Shown piece after piece: positions 1 to 13,167 of a stretch of 64,000 nucleotides of DNA. This stretch comes from Eledone cirrhosa (taxonomy: Eukaryota). The position numbers were made by a program, and so were the translations under genes. The DNA lies in NCBI GenBank assembly GCA_964016885.1, contig OZ024745.1, positions 132,556,001-132,620,000 of the forward strand, given 5' to 3'. The notes under the pieces are model-generated. The model was given only the letters and a program-made list of their open reading frames with translations. It was not told the origin of the DNA and searched no databases. The first letter of the stretch is position 1. Each line of letters opens with the position of its first letter.

Positions 1-668
1 ATATATATATATGAAAGTGTGCGTATATACATGTTTACATGCACACATACTAGATAAGTATATACATGTACATACGATGGTGCTGCAGTCTGGATTACCC
101 ATTGTATTCTTACGGATATAACATTATCATATACTTCGGCTGCTAGTGTACATTTCAATAGATGTGGGTCACGCATCGAACCTCATATATCTGAGGAGAT
201 GTAGAAGACAATTCGTGCTTCGATCGCATTGATCACAACAGAGATGATCGATATTGAAATAAGTGCAATATTCAAATAACCTTTCTACACCGACTACAAA
301 TCTGACTTATTTTCACTATATATATAATAGCAATGAGAGACACACATAAGTACTTGTTTGGCTCAATGAACGAAAGATTTAGATTAATCAAAAGAATTAA
401 AATAATCATTTAATCAGAATTATTTATCAAATTATAGATGCGAGGAAATAATAGATACAAATATACCTGATTTTACTTTATGTTTATCTTTGTCTATGTA
501 TGCGCGCGCACACACACACACATACACACACACGCGCACATATATATATATCACGACAAATTAACGGAGGCCCTCTCTATATATATATTTTCTCCGCTGT
601 TATCACCGCCAACGGACTTATACCAATCCGCGGACTATAACTTATTCCACTTTGTCTTCGGTTAATTT

Positions 669-828
669 ACATACATGTGCCATTGCCCTGTGTCCCACTC
701 ACATACATGTGACATTGTCCTGTATCCCACTTACATACATGTGACATTGTTCTGTGTCCTACTCACATACATGTGCCATTGCCCTGTGTCCCACTCACAT
801 ACATCTGCCATTGTCCTGTGTCCCAACT
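669..828. repeat. 32-bp minisatellite, ~5 units
   Basis: Unit acatacatgtgccattgccctgtgtcccactc starts at 669, 701, 733, 765 and 797. Confidence 0.95.
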
Positions 829-1887
829 TATAGCGGTATGTTTACTTCCTTTTTTCATCTTTTCCTTTTTCCTCGATTTATGATAGGGCAAACGTGCCAA
901 AATTCCTCTTTGGTAGGTTAAGTTTACCAACTTAGTATTTAACTGCATAAATGTGTAAAATGTATGAATTGAATGTGAAAATAATTCCATTATAATGGAT
1001 TGAATCAAGTGTGTTGCTTTCAAACAAAAGCCTTCTCGAATCTTATCTTTTATTTCATCTAAGTTAGTTTGGCAAAAATAAGAAATAAATCCAACATCGA
1101 TCACTGGTCTCAGTATTCATTTTATTTTATTTGAGCACCATATAACACGAACATGAAATTCAGAGTAGCCTTTCATAGCAACTAATTTCTTAGAATAAAA
1201 CATAGCAAGTGACATGAACGTAATGGATCCAGAAACATTACAACTAAATTGAAGAATCATGTGAATTTTGACATCTTTGAATCCTGGTGTTATTGAGTCC
1301 CCTTCAGAAATGTGAGTTCATTTAGCCATTTGTCTCATCTCGGTTAAAACGGGGCTTCATTATGTGTCTTTCTTCCTTAATAATATTTCACACGTATTAC
1401 TTGCTTGCTATTCCAATTTGGGAACATTTTGTATCTCTCAAACCAACTATCAATTGCCAAGACCTAATCACATTAATCGTTAAGAAACGTCTACCTCTTT
1501 AGATCATCAAATAAAGACAATACCTTCATTTATATGACATATAATACAAAAGGAGAGCTACACCAATGCATGTTTTCCGCCACTATGTTAAGAATTCTTT
1601 CCAATTCCTCATACAATATTTGGTTTGAAACAGAGAGCCTTGCCATTTCTTACATCTTAGACTGAATGTCCACAATACTTGTAAGTTAGTTTCTTACAAT
1701 GATTCTCTCTTATATTTTAAATGCCAACAGAGAGAAGCGGTAGATGGTGTTACTATTGGCACTTCTTCTACCACAAAAGTTATACCATAACATGTCTAGA
1801 ATAACAACAGAAAATAAACTTGTTAGTGATAACCCAAAAAGTAAGTATTCTGGACTCAGTGAATCAAGGAACTTAAAGTTAGTAATA

Positions 1888-2109
1888 GTTTCTGGTTTAG
1901 GCACAAGGCCAACAATGGTTTATGTGGGGGGTGGGGGTGGGAGAGATATTACATCAACCCCATTGTGTTACTGGTACTTTATTTTATCGACCCTTTAAAG
2001 ATGAAAGGCAAAGCTAACCTCGGTGGTATTATAACTCAGAATGTAAAGGAACGTAACTGAATGCCGCAAAGCATATTGTCCGACACTCTACCGATACTAC
2101 CATTTCACC
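1888..2109 (-). mobile_element. tRNA-derived Meta-domain SINE (long form, diverged)
   Basis: Contains the core actggtactttattttatcgaccc...gatgaaaggcaaag shared with the other copies. The minus strand has an A-box-like tggtagtatcgg and a degenerate B box. Confidence 0.85.
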
Positions 2110-2420
2110 TCCCAACGTAAAGTCACTAATATTGATTTATGTAAATCAATGCAGTTCAAAGAATAATTTTAAACATTATTAGTTTGTGTTAGTTAACTGC
2201 ATCGTCGATCTTTACATTTGCTTTGTTGTTTATTTCACATTTTAAGTACTGTCTTAACTGAAATGAGTGTGTGCGCCACTGGACAGCTGACCCTACCATG
2301 TCAACAGGTACAATTCATCGCAAGTCTCGTAGAATTTGTAGATACTGACGACAATTCTATACTAGGCTGTCTGAACGTATTAAAAGCAAACCTTTGGTTG
2401 AGATACACACACACACACAA

Positions 2421-2490
<70 letters not shown>

Positions 2491-2811
2491 CCACACACCT
2501 AATTTCTTGATAAAAATAATTCACTACCATTTATAATGATATACTAGAATACAGACACCTGACCATGGATATACGTATATATGAATACTCACCAAGCTAA
2601 ATATATGACCTCCCCCCCAACTAGCCACTCACCCCAAAACCAGTTTCTTTCGCAAAGACTTTTCACAACCGGGAATAAAGTGTATGCCCATATTTGTACA
2701 TCAGAACCTCCCGATGACGACAGTTCTCTTCTCTCGTCAAAACACTTGCGATTCAGTTTGGAACTAGCTGTTGAAATGAGAAGAGCTCAGCTGTCGGGGT
2801 CCCGACTCTTT

Positions 2812-2848
<37 letters not shown>

Positions 2849-2857
2849 ACACACACG

Positions 2858-2893
<36 letters not shown>

Positions 2894-2925
2894 CATATAC
2901 ATATACTTATACTTATATATATATA

Positions 2926-3727
2926 TTTAACACGTCTGTTGAGCACTCTGATTCGATATGTGATATTTTGTAATCTCTATGTGTTGGTAATTTAACGATG
3001 GTTATAGCTCTGATTTATCCAAATTATTGAGCCCTCTGCCACACATGTCGGATATTGTTTATCGTGATTTCGTGGGCTGATATTCCGATTCTCGATTATT
3101 CTACTATATTTAGCTCTAGACCTTAGCTATTGACCAGTTAATTTTATTGATTATTTTTTTGTCGATCTTATTGACTGATAAATAGCTCTTGTTTATTTTA
3201 ACACGTCTGTTGAGCACTCTGATTCGATATGGGATATTTTGTATTCTTACATAATTTGCACTTCACCGAATTCTTTCGCTAATATAGAGGTTAACTCCCT
3301 TGCTGATTACCACGTGCGTTTTTGGCTATAGGTCTCCTCTGTATTGTCGGACGAAAACCTGTTGAGAAAGCTGTTCCGCGTCCACCCCTTCTCTAGAAGT
3401 CTTATATATTTTTTATGTGGGCTGATAGTGATTGGATTAAGGAATTGCAGAAACCCAAGAAGCTAGATTTAACATCCTTCTAGCGGGTCCGGGTGAGTTT
3501 TTTACATTCATTTAATTTATTAATTTATTGATATTTTATTTGAGTGACCCGAATCTTCCTGGTCGTTCTTTTTCGGCTGCACGGGTGATTTTAGGCATAA
3601 TCTCTATGTGTTGGTAATTTAACGATGGTATAGCTCTGATTTATCCAACTTATTGAGCCCTCTGCCACACATGTCGGATATTGTTTATAGTGATTTCGTG
3701 GGCTGATATTCAGATTCTCGATTATTC

Positions 3728-3735
<8 letters not shown>
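2926..3735. repeat. (TA)n-embedded element with internal direct repeats A-B-x-A-y-B
   Basis: A=2926-2972 matches 3197-3243 and B=2971-3109 matches 3598-3735, each with only a few mismatches. Both ends abut TA runs. Confidence 0.85.
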
Positions 3736-3788
<53 letters not shown>

Positions 3789-4538
3789 TATAAATGTTTT
3801 TACTACTGATGTGAACCTAAACATCGAGTTCTCACCTGGCTGAACCTACAGTAACTTCGCCTTACACTCCCAGGATATATATATATATATAAACCGACAC
3901 AAGCACACATATATATATATATACGCGGGTGTCTACGTACAGATGTGTGTCTGCATTTGTTTTCCGGTGTTTGTATCTGATCGTGATTAATGTATATCTT
4001 CTAATCACGCCGTTCCACCTTTAAACAAAAATGATTCTATTTCTGAATTATTATGTGGAAGTGAACATTATGGAATAAATTGCTGTCAGCCTTGGGGTAA
4101 AAGTAAAAAGAAAAAAATAGTATTGAAAGGGAAAATATGATTATCGCAGTTCCTTTTAACATGTCTAACATTTATCAATCTTGTTAGAAGTGACCGATGT
4201 ATCGGTGTAGTTGGTACGAAATGGCTTCATAGGCTTAGTTTAAAGACAGCTATAGAGATCGCTAGACAAGTTTATTCTGATAACAACTGAATGTTATCTC
4301 TCTCCAGAAATGTGGTTAAGGTCAGTGCCAACATTTCGTAGTGAATATATTTTTAAGCGGCTCTATCTTATGTATTCTTTTCTACAGTCTCTGATGTTTG
4401 ATTTGAAAAAAGAGACGGGTCACGCATGGTGAACACTTGGGCAACGAAATGTTAGCAAAAAACACAGCAGGAATGAAATAATAAAAAGACAGTTCTTTTT
4501 TTTCTAGTTACCAACCGAGTCAACGAAACTGCGATCAA

Positions 4539-4577
<39 letters not shown>

Positions 4578-4731
4578 AATAGAGAGGGGAGGGGGGAGAC
4601 ATACAGTGTACTGGTAAATCCCGACCGTGGCGACAAGCAGTTTCGGCTTATGTGTCGGGAATTTACATATTTCTATACCCACAATGCATCTCCCCGTGAA
4701 TTGAATAATCTCACTCACTCACTCACTCACT

Positions 4732-4798
<67 letters not shown>

Positions 4799-5302
4799 AC
4801 TCTCTCTCTCTCTCTATCTCACTCTCTCTCTTTATATATATATATATATAGTTAAGAAATTAACAAAGAGGGAACAAGACAACGAACGGATAACAATTTA
4901 AAAAAAATAAAAATACAAACGAAGGACACAGAACTCCAGGTTTATCGGCTCTTTAGGTGGACTTTGGCAGTTTTTTACCCCTACGAATGGTACTGCTCTT
5001 TGCCCTGGCGCCTCAGCTTCTGGCAGAATCCAATTTGTGTCCAGTGGAGTAAGAAATACACACCACACACACATATATATATATATTTGAAATATTTGAT
5101 ATCGAACCTTGAGCTGATCAGTGAGTAAATATATTGTTAATCGTATGTCTCATATGAGCCTTCACATGAGTGAAGAGTGTATTTTATATCACTAGGAGTT
5201 TCTAGGACTTGAGTCAAAATTAGTTTTGTTTGTTTCGTTGCACCGGTTTCAGGTCTGAAGGCCAGTATTTTCAACGTGAAAGCGAATATTTGAGATAACA
5301 TC

Positions 5303-5845
5303 GGAGTTCCCCTGAGGTTTGGCCTCCGGATCTGTGAGCCACACATGTGTCGCCTCCACGCGCTTTCCTGTCCCTACACTGCTGGCCGCTTTCCACGCCA
5401 TGCTGCCCTCAACGAGGTCATAAAGCAGGGCTTATATTCTGCAGTCTTCCCCTCCCAGCTTGATTGGGTGGAGCTGGACCGAGGGGACGGCAAAAGGCCA
5501 GACGGTATGACTATCTTTCCATTCCACGGTGGCAAATCCCTCGGCTGGGATATTACTTGCAACGACACTTTCTGCAGTCCCAACCTGCGACTAACCCAGG
5601 TTCTGCTGAACCTCGGGCAGAGTAGTGTAAATTATCCAAGTACCGGTCGATCTCCGACAGGTTTGCAGTCGATCCCCTAGCAGTGGAGACTTCTATTGTT
5701 CTTAGCCCAATGGCTACCTCCCTACTTACCACTTAGGCGCTAAGCTGGCTGGCCGCAGGTGTGAGCCTCGCGAGATGGAATGGCTCTTTCAGTGCATCTC
5801 CCTTAACATCCTCCAGGGAAATACCTTCTCCATTCTGTCCGCCCG
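5303..5845 (+). mobile_element. CRE-clade non-LTR retrotransposon 3' fragment (restriction-like endonuclease)
   Basis: Translation HALSC...GRFPRHAALNEVIK...DRGDGKRPDGMTIFPF..GKSLGWDITCNDTF...QGNTFSIL has the CCHC/RH/PD-(D/E) RLE signature typical of CRE elements. It is frameshifted. Confidence 0.85.
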
Positions 5846-6484
5846 TGCCGTGTGGCGGCCAGCACATGAGACTCCATTGGCTCATAATAGAGAGAGATGG
5901 GAGGGAAGGGCTACTGAGATGGAGGCGGTTACAGTGGGAGTTTGGCTCTTCTGTGTTCGGGCCTGGTGTGCAGCGTCAGTTGTCCGTAAGGAGGTAGTGA
6001 TCATCTATTATTATCTAGGGCGTTGATTTCATGGGGTGCATTTCTCCAATTTAAAGTACTTATCCTTTTCTCGTCAATGAGTTATCTCATCTATGTATTA
6101 TTAAATATTTAACTATATCAAGCAAGTCCAACGACCACGTTCATGTTTTGGCAACCAATTTCAAATTAACTGTAGGATTATAAATTTATTTGGCCACGGT
6201 TATTTTTCAAAATATTCAATTCATTTTTGACAATTAATAATCCTAACTCATTGGTATAGAATACACTTGTATTTGAAATTAAAGACTTTCTTATTAATTA
6301 TATCTGGAGAAACGACGATGTAGAGGTGTTTACCTGCGCCGAATAAAGGCGCAGTATGTATCAACTCGGTATAAATATATATATTTTAATATTTAAATGC
6401 TGACACACACCTGTACTTACATATACAATCTAGCAACATCTCTACTATACATACATACACACACGTACACACACACACACACGT

Positions 6485-6519
<35 letters not shown>

Positions 6520-6523
6520 CATA

Positions 6524-6657
6524 AATGTATGTATAGTATATTTGGCAATATACCGTATATTTAATTAAAAAATTTAGAAAACATACGGTATATTGCCAAA
6601 TATACTATACATACATTCAGGTATACATCGCTATTTCAGAGCACCAATCCTAATACC
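6524..6657. repeat. Fold-back insert: 35-bp perfect arms, 24-bp loop, ~40-bp one-sided tail, between TA runs
   Basis: 6524-6558 is the exact reverse complement of 6583-6617. Confidence 0.9.
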
Positions 6658-6682
6658 ATATATAAATATATATATATATATA

Positions 6683-6719
<37 letters not shown>

Positions 6720-6793
6720 TATAGATATAGATACGTGTGTGTATGCGCGTGGGAATTATTGTATATATAGTAGGTGTATGTATATCAATAAAT

Positions 6794-6895
<102 letters not shown>

Positions 6896-7299
6896 TTGTG
6901 TGTGTGCGAATAGAGGAATCTACATCTCTTTAAAATGACGGTATATCAAGGTCTGAAGGACGGTTTAGCATTATCTCACTTAGTTTGTCATCGATCCATA
7001 TTAATGTATACTATTAACATGAACGGTGTTGACATCGTTATTCATATCTCGATATCAATACATTCCAATTGAATTTCTCTATGGATGAGTAATATGGAAC
7101 TGCATAGATGCTGAAATTCTATACACACTACATCACTATTTATGTTCAATCCACCTTCCGTGTCATTCAATCTCTAAACATATGCCTGAGACATTAGGAA
7201 CGAATTCCAATCCCAAGAGAACTTTGTCAACAAGCCTTCTGCATTCGCATATTTCCTATCAAAGTTTCTTTTATAATTCTTTATAAAACTGACCGAACA

Positions 7300-7950
7300 G
7301 CTTTATCATTACAGAAAACCTTCTTTTTATCATTAAAGAGACGTATTGATTCTTGATAAATGCCTTCCAAATGTTTTTTTTTTTAAATGCTTTTTTTAAA
7401 CTTTTTATTCATCTTCATTTTTTGGAATTCCAATAGTTATCATCCTGCTTGAAGAACTTTTAATCAATATCTAGAGATTTGGTTCTTGATCCATGTCCCT
7501 GTAATCAGAGTATTCACATTGTTTTTGAATATTTTCTTTAATGCTGTCTTTTTGAAAGTCAGACCAAATATCAATGCTGTCTTTATATGGAATAGAACAC
7601 AAATCAATATATCTGGATTTTCTCTCATTTCCCTCTCTTCTCGGTCCCTCGATCTTACTATTCTTTATGTTATCCCTCCGCTTCAATTGTATGTCTTTAA
7701 AATGCCTGTCATCGTTGAATCTAATCGTCCATTTAATAATATATCTCCCTAGGTCGTCACGTATACTGTGTTTTATTGTTTCTCTCTCTCTTCCATTCGC
7801 CTATCTGAATTTGCCAATTTTCTCAACCCCTATTTTAATGCTATTTCCATACTCTTTCTGACGTATTTTGATTTTTCTATCTTCTAACATTTTAAAGTAT
7901 TTCTTTTCTAGTTTAGTCTCTCCATAGTTTAGTCTCTCCATAGTCTATTC
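7300..7950 (-). mobile_element. Highly decayed L1/Tx1-like APE endonuclease remnant
   Basis: Minus-strand fragments SIRDDLGRYII and KSR(Y)IDL resemble the L1 EN motifs D.EGRYII and SRIDY. Many stops. Confidence 0.4.
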
Positions 7951-9498
7951 TCTCCATACACCTTCCTCTCTTATTCTATATATTCTGTTTCTTTTCATTT
8001 TATTTGTCGTAGATATCCTAAGATAAATAATTCTAAACATGAGCTAACCAGTTGCCTGAAACCTTTCCATTTACTACGATAACTTATACAAAAGCTCTTT
8101 AAATCTGTGTACTACCAGTTAAATGTGGTTTTAATACTTCAGTTTTGAAAGACTATAATATCAGACAATTAGTGTGCTAGAGACACCTGACTTGAATGCT
8201 CCACGTTTCTATAAACAATATATAACAAACAATTTGCCAATGTTTCAAATTATTAGTGCCCGAACGTTAAAACTGAATGAAGTTGTGACTTCAAACGTGT
8301 ACGATATACAATGAGGAGCAGTCATACAGGATATTATCAGCTTTGCATCGCATAATTATGTGACTACTACACAAATACTCAGAATATATGATACGTTTGT
8401 CATTCTGCAGTTGATACGAACATGTGTGGGGACACTAACTGAATTGAAAGGACAATTGATGATGGATCTATGGGCGGCGGTAATTAACAGAAGTAGTTTG
8501 CTCAACTAATAATCGAAACCCGACGAAATGATTTAATATTGATTATCTAACAAATAATGTGAACTTTTCGGGAAATGTTAATGGATTAATAAATCGGACA
8601 GCAATAAAGTCTCTTTATTAACTGTGTATCGTTTTTATAGAAATATCACGGCAGAGAAATAGCAAACTATGTTGGTTATTTGTGACAAGTCATTAATCTT
8701 ACTTCATCAAAGATCTTAATTTATGATTAACTTGTAAATAAAGTTTTACTCATATCCAAACACTTAATATTTCTGCCCTTTTTTGATTTCTATATCCTAT
8801 GATTTAATAATCTATTTTGTTGACCATTCCCCTAGTGCCATTCCTTCTCACACGAACACTGTAGTCATTAATCATATTTTATCAAAGGAACTTTAAACTT
8901 ATGATATTTTTAAAAATAACATATTTATCTATGTTATCTTCTTGTGATGAAATTTGACCTCTTTGCTGTAAATATCTATCCTCCACTCATGCCCTCACCA
9001 CCATCAAAAATCTGTCTACAAATAATATCAATGTGATAAGTATCGAACAGCACCATCAGAAAATAACAGAATCAGTAATGTTCTTCAAGAGTGATAGTAG
9101 CAAAGCCGCTCGGTATCAACAGCGAAATTATTTTTCTTTACACAATGAATACATATAGCGGTATATATGAAAATAACTATTTTAACATAAACTATACAAA
9201 GGTTTACAACTATATGAGGTTAGGTGCTGAGTGTTTAATCCATGATCATTAATATGATGTATAATGACGAAACTAAACTTCTTGTCAGAATGCTAACACT
9301 TCAAAAGGCTTTTGTAGAACTTAGGTGTTACTTTAAAATACCAGATAAAGTTAGATATTAAAGTCGCCATGTTTATATGCGAAACTAACAATATATACGT
9401 AAACATATATATCTACCAACTCTGAATTTAAAGCAGAATACACTAATTTGAGATGAAACTTTATTTGTTGACCTGGAGGGAAAGAATGACTACAATAA

Positions 9499-9710
9499 TT
9501 GTTTCTTATTTAGGTAGAAAGAAACAATTACTTTGGAAAAAGGGCAAGTCGATTAAATCGATTCAGTGCGTTACTGGTACTTTATTTCATCGACTCCATA
9601 GGATGAAAGAGGAAATTAACCTTGGAGGGATTTGAATTCGGAACGTAAAGGGCCGTAACTCTATGCTGCACAGTATGTTGTCCGACGTTCTACCGATACA
9701 GCCAGTCCCC
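9499..9710 (-). mobile_element. Meta-domain SINE (long form, diverged)
   Basis: Has the same core and tRNA-like head as the other copies. Confidence 0.85.
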
Positions 9711-10115
9711 TTTAACAATAATAACAATTTATAACAATAAACAACAATTATGGGTTCACTATTTCATGTGGGCCATATTATGAAGTACATATTGAGATTT
9801 ACAATCTCATTAAATATGTACGTGAAATAACTAGCGCTGTGTATAGGAGCTCTTGGTAGAACGGAGACGAATTTCTTATTTAAGTATCTATTGTTTCGAC
9901 ATCATTTTTTAGCATGAAATATTTTAAGAAACATACGAGCCACGAGTCATCCACGTTTGATTACTATTATAAATTATCAAATCGCTGAACTAAACTTTAA
10001 TGTAATGGCAGGATTTTAGTGCAATCTCACATCTGATTAAGAGAATCAACGTTATATTTTCATGTTTATCGTGAGATTATATATATCTGAACTGCAGAAA
10101 TGCGTAGTATAGATA

Positions 10116-11234
10116 TTAGTTTGGTGCAATAATAATTTCCCTTCCTTTTATTTTTAACATAAATGCTTCATTTGGAATAAGCTTTTATTTCACCATATTC
10201 CTGTAATATGCACTTTGCAAGCACTGATTTGGCTCTGTTTATTCCATGCTGCATTTACTGTTGCTTATTCTTGTATAGGTTGTCTCTCAAATCAACATGA
10301 AACATAAAGAAAACTGATGTAATATTTGTGATAAGAGTTGAAATGTTAGCACGGGAATTGCTCATAATATTAATAAAATATCTGACCTTCGAAGTATATA
10401 CAAATTTATAGCTCAACGTTGGTTCCATAAATGTTGAAGTGGTGTCAAAATCCTCAGGATAGATGAGGAAAGTCACAGACGTTTTCCTACGATTATCAAC
10501 CACCATCATTTGAGGCAGACACATGCTAAGCAACTCAACAATTTTACCGACAAATAAATATTTATCATATGGTCGAATAATATAACCGTTAATAATTTTG
10601 CGGTGTGAACAACGATTTATTTGTTGTGATATAGAGGTGCCACAAATAATAGAATATATACTACAACCGAAAATGTTTCGTGTGATAGCTGGATCGAAGA
10701 AACCAGCCAAACACTTTCGCTGGCCCGAGGCTGCATCATAAGAAAGGTATGTATACACATTTGATAGTAGAAAAATGGAGTTATCAGCAATTACTTCTGG
10801 GATACTTGCGAAACCATCACAGCAGAGAAGTATTGTGAGGCAATCGACAAAATGTAGAAAGGTTTTTATTAAGTCTAGAAAAGTCAATAAAAAAGGCCCA
10901 TTTGTTCTCCTTATAAACACAGAAATGTAAGTAACTGTGACCATAATCTCTATGACATCTAGTTTAATCCACCAGCGTCACTTCGTCCAAATACTACTTC
11001 AACAAGTAAATGGATGACTACCATCGAAAGAATCCTTTCATCGATCAAGCAGCAGCACAAAATGTGTGCAAAGAAATCATCGAAACACGCCTACAAATTT
11101 CTATGCAACCAGTTTAATGGATTTGCTAATAAACTGTGCAGATTGTAAAGGTTATTTCATATAATAACATTTTGTACTGCAATATAACTCTTTAAAATTG
11201 AGGTTTAAAGAGCGCAGTTATTGTATAACACTAA
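10116..11234 (+). mobile_element. Decayed mariner (Hsmar1/cecropia-like) DNA transposon
   Basis: The left end ta|ttagtttggtgcaataataatt resembles the Hsmar1-type TIR ttaggttggtgcaaaagtaatt. The right end has a degenerate inverted copy ending ...cactaa|ta (TA TSD). Plus-strand transposase remnants: IAHNINK..IAQRWFHK..DEESHRR, ETITAEKYCEAIDKM, VNKKGPFVL. Many stops and frameshifts. Confidence 0.85.
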
Positions 11235-11272
11235 TATTTTATAATGTAAAATGTAACTCTTTGCTCAATTAG

Positions 11273-11303
<31 letters not shown>

Positions 11304-11409
11304 GTCTGTATGTTATTTTCTGCGTGTTTGTGCTCTGACAATTGGGGAATTATGGTATCTCTATGTATATATGGCGTATATGTTGTATGTGCGTGTATGT
11401 ATGTGTATG

Positions 11410-11855
11410 TATGTGTGTATACATGTATGCCAGCGTCTGAACGTGTGTGAATGTGTGTGTATATATGTATGCGAACGTCTGAACGTGTGTAAATGTGTGT
11501 GTATATATGTATGCGAGCGTCTGAACGTCTGTGAATGTGTGTGTATATATGTATGCCAGCGTCTGAACGTGTGTGAATGTGTGTGAATGTGTGTCTATAT
11601 ATGTATCCGAGCGTCTGAACGTGTGTAAATGTGTGTGTATATATATATGTATGCGAGCGTCTGAACGCGTGTAAATGTGTGTGTATATATGTATGCGAGC
11701 GTCTGAACGTGTGTAAATGTGTGTGTATATATGTATGCCAGCGTCTGAACGTGTGTGAATGTGTGTGTATATATGTATGCGAGCGTCTCTGAACGTGTGT
11801 GAATGTGTGTGTATATATGTATGCCAGCGTCTGAACGTGTGTGAATGTGTGTGTA
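11410..11855. repeat. 42-bp minisatellite, ~10 units
   Basis: Unit gcgtctgaacgtgtgtgaatgtgtgtgtatatatgtatgcca. The marker cgtctgaacg occurs at 11434, 11476, 11518 and onward. Confidence 0.95.
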
Positions 11856-12504
11856 TCATTGAATGTAGGTATGTATCTGATTATCTGTGTCTGTCAGAGT
11901 GGAATTGTTTTATGTCCGTCTAAGCATATGTTTGCTAGTAGCAGCATGCCTATGTATCTTAGTATGAACACACCTGAGAGTCGATGCACCTGTATATATG
12001 AGTATAGTAATATGCATGTTTGACCCTATCTGTAATTGAGTTTTTGTGAGGACATGCTTCATTGCCTGTACGTGGTTAAATATAAATCAATTAATGTGGC
12101 TGAATATTTGTGTACTTCAATGCACAGCCCTTTGCGTTTTACGGAGTTAATGCAGGATTTCGACAACGTGCGTGCGTCCGAGTGAAATCATGTTTATGTC
12201 TGGTTATATAAATTATTTTATATGTGAATTTGTACGTGAACTTTTAATTATTTACACATGAGAGTCTATAAGATTTCAAGAACGTTAAATGTTGTGTATA
12301 TTGTACGCGAGACTAAATATTTCACAGGACTGAGTAAAGTCACTTCTTTGGAATCTCGGTTAAACTCATCCCGTTTCACAAATAAATACCGTCTCTATAA
12401 CAGCAAAATTCAACACCCAAATGATAAGCAACCGTCAAGAATTAACCCAGCAATGCGTTGTAGTCCCTTGATAATTATCCCCTTTTCTGGTAGTATAGGC
12501 AACA

Positions 12505-12653
12505 GTATGGAAGTGGTAAAATCCGTTAGACCATTACTCATACTTGGGGTAGTAGAGTGGGTAAAATGAAAAATTCGGGACCCCGACGGCTGAGTTGTCG
12601 GATCTAGCGGTTGAAACGCCAGGAGCTCAGCCATCGGGCCTCGAAATTGTTTC

Positions 12654-12656
<3 letters not shown>
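12505..12656. mobile_element. PLE-like fold-back mini element (family shared with 59431-59598 and 2700-2815)
   Basis: Imperfect IR 12565-12596 / 12624-12656. The tail tactcatacttggggtagtagagtgggtaa matches 59480-59510. It abuts (TA)n. Confidence 0.65.
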
Positions 12657-12730
<74 letters not shown>

Positions 12731-12745
12731 TCATATATATATATA

Positions 12746-13008
12746 TAGTTATGTAATAAACAACGTAAGACAATTATTCCATTAACCAAAGGTTTCACGA
12801 AGACAGATGAGCTCAACACAGACGTCTGAAGTCGTTCGTCAGAATTACATTTTATTTCCATTCAGACGAACGATTTCGAGCCCGTCTGTCTTCGTCAAAC
12901 CTTTGGTAAATGGATTAATTGTCTTATGTTGTTTATTACATAACTAAATACATCTGTAGCCTACACAGAGTACTCTCCTTTCCTTTACCTTTCCTACGGA
13001 AACACTTA
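12746..13008. repeat. Fold-back insert: ~69-bp outer arms plus inner 18-bp hairpin, ~60-bp tail, in (TA)n
   Basis: 12746-12814 pairs with 12878-12946, and 12828-12845 pairs with 12860-12877. Confidence 0.9.
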
Positions 13009-13046
<38 letters not shown>

Positions 13047-13064
13047 GTTTTAATATAGAAGAGC

Positions 13065-13109
13065 TTCTACAGGACTAGAACTGTTTCACTCGTGAGAAAT
13101 CATCAGGAA
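13065..13109 (-). ncRNA. Type I hammerhead ribozyme motif
   Basis: Minus strand reads ttc-CTGATGA-tttctcacgagt-GAAA-cag ttctagtc ctg-TA-gaa. The core is intact, stem III is Acag/ctgT, the triplet is GUA and stem I is ttc/gaa. Stem II is weak. Confidence 0.7.
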
Positions 13110-13135
13110 TATATATATATATATGTGTGTGTTTA

Positions 13136-13167
<32 letters not shown>

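Noticed and set aside
196-275. CTGAGGA...GAAA hammerhead-like spacing (also 5230-5285 on minus)
   Set aside because: Stems II/III and the UH site cannot be formed convincingly.
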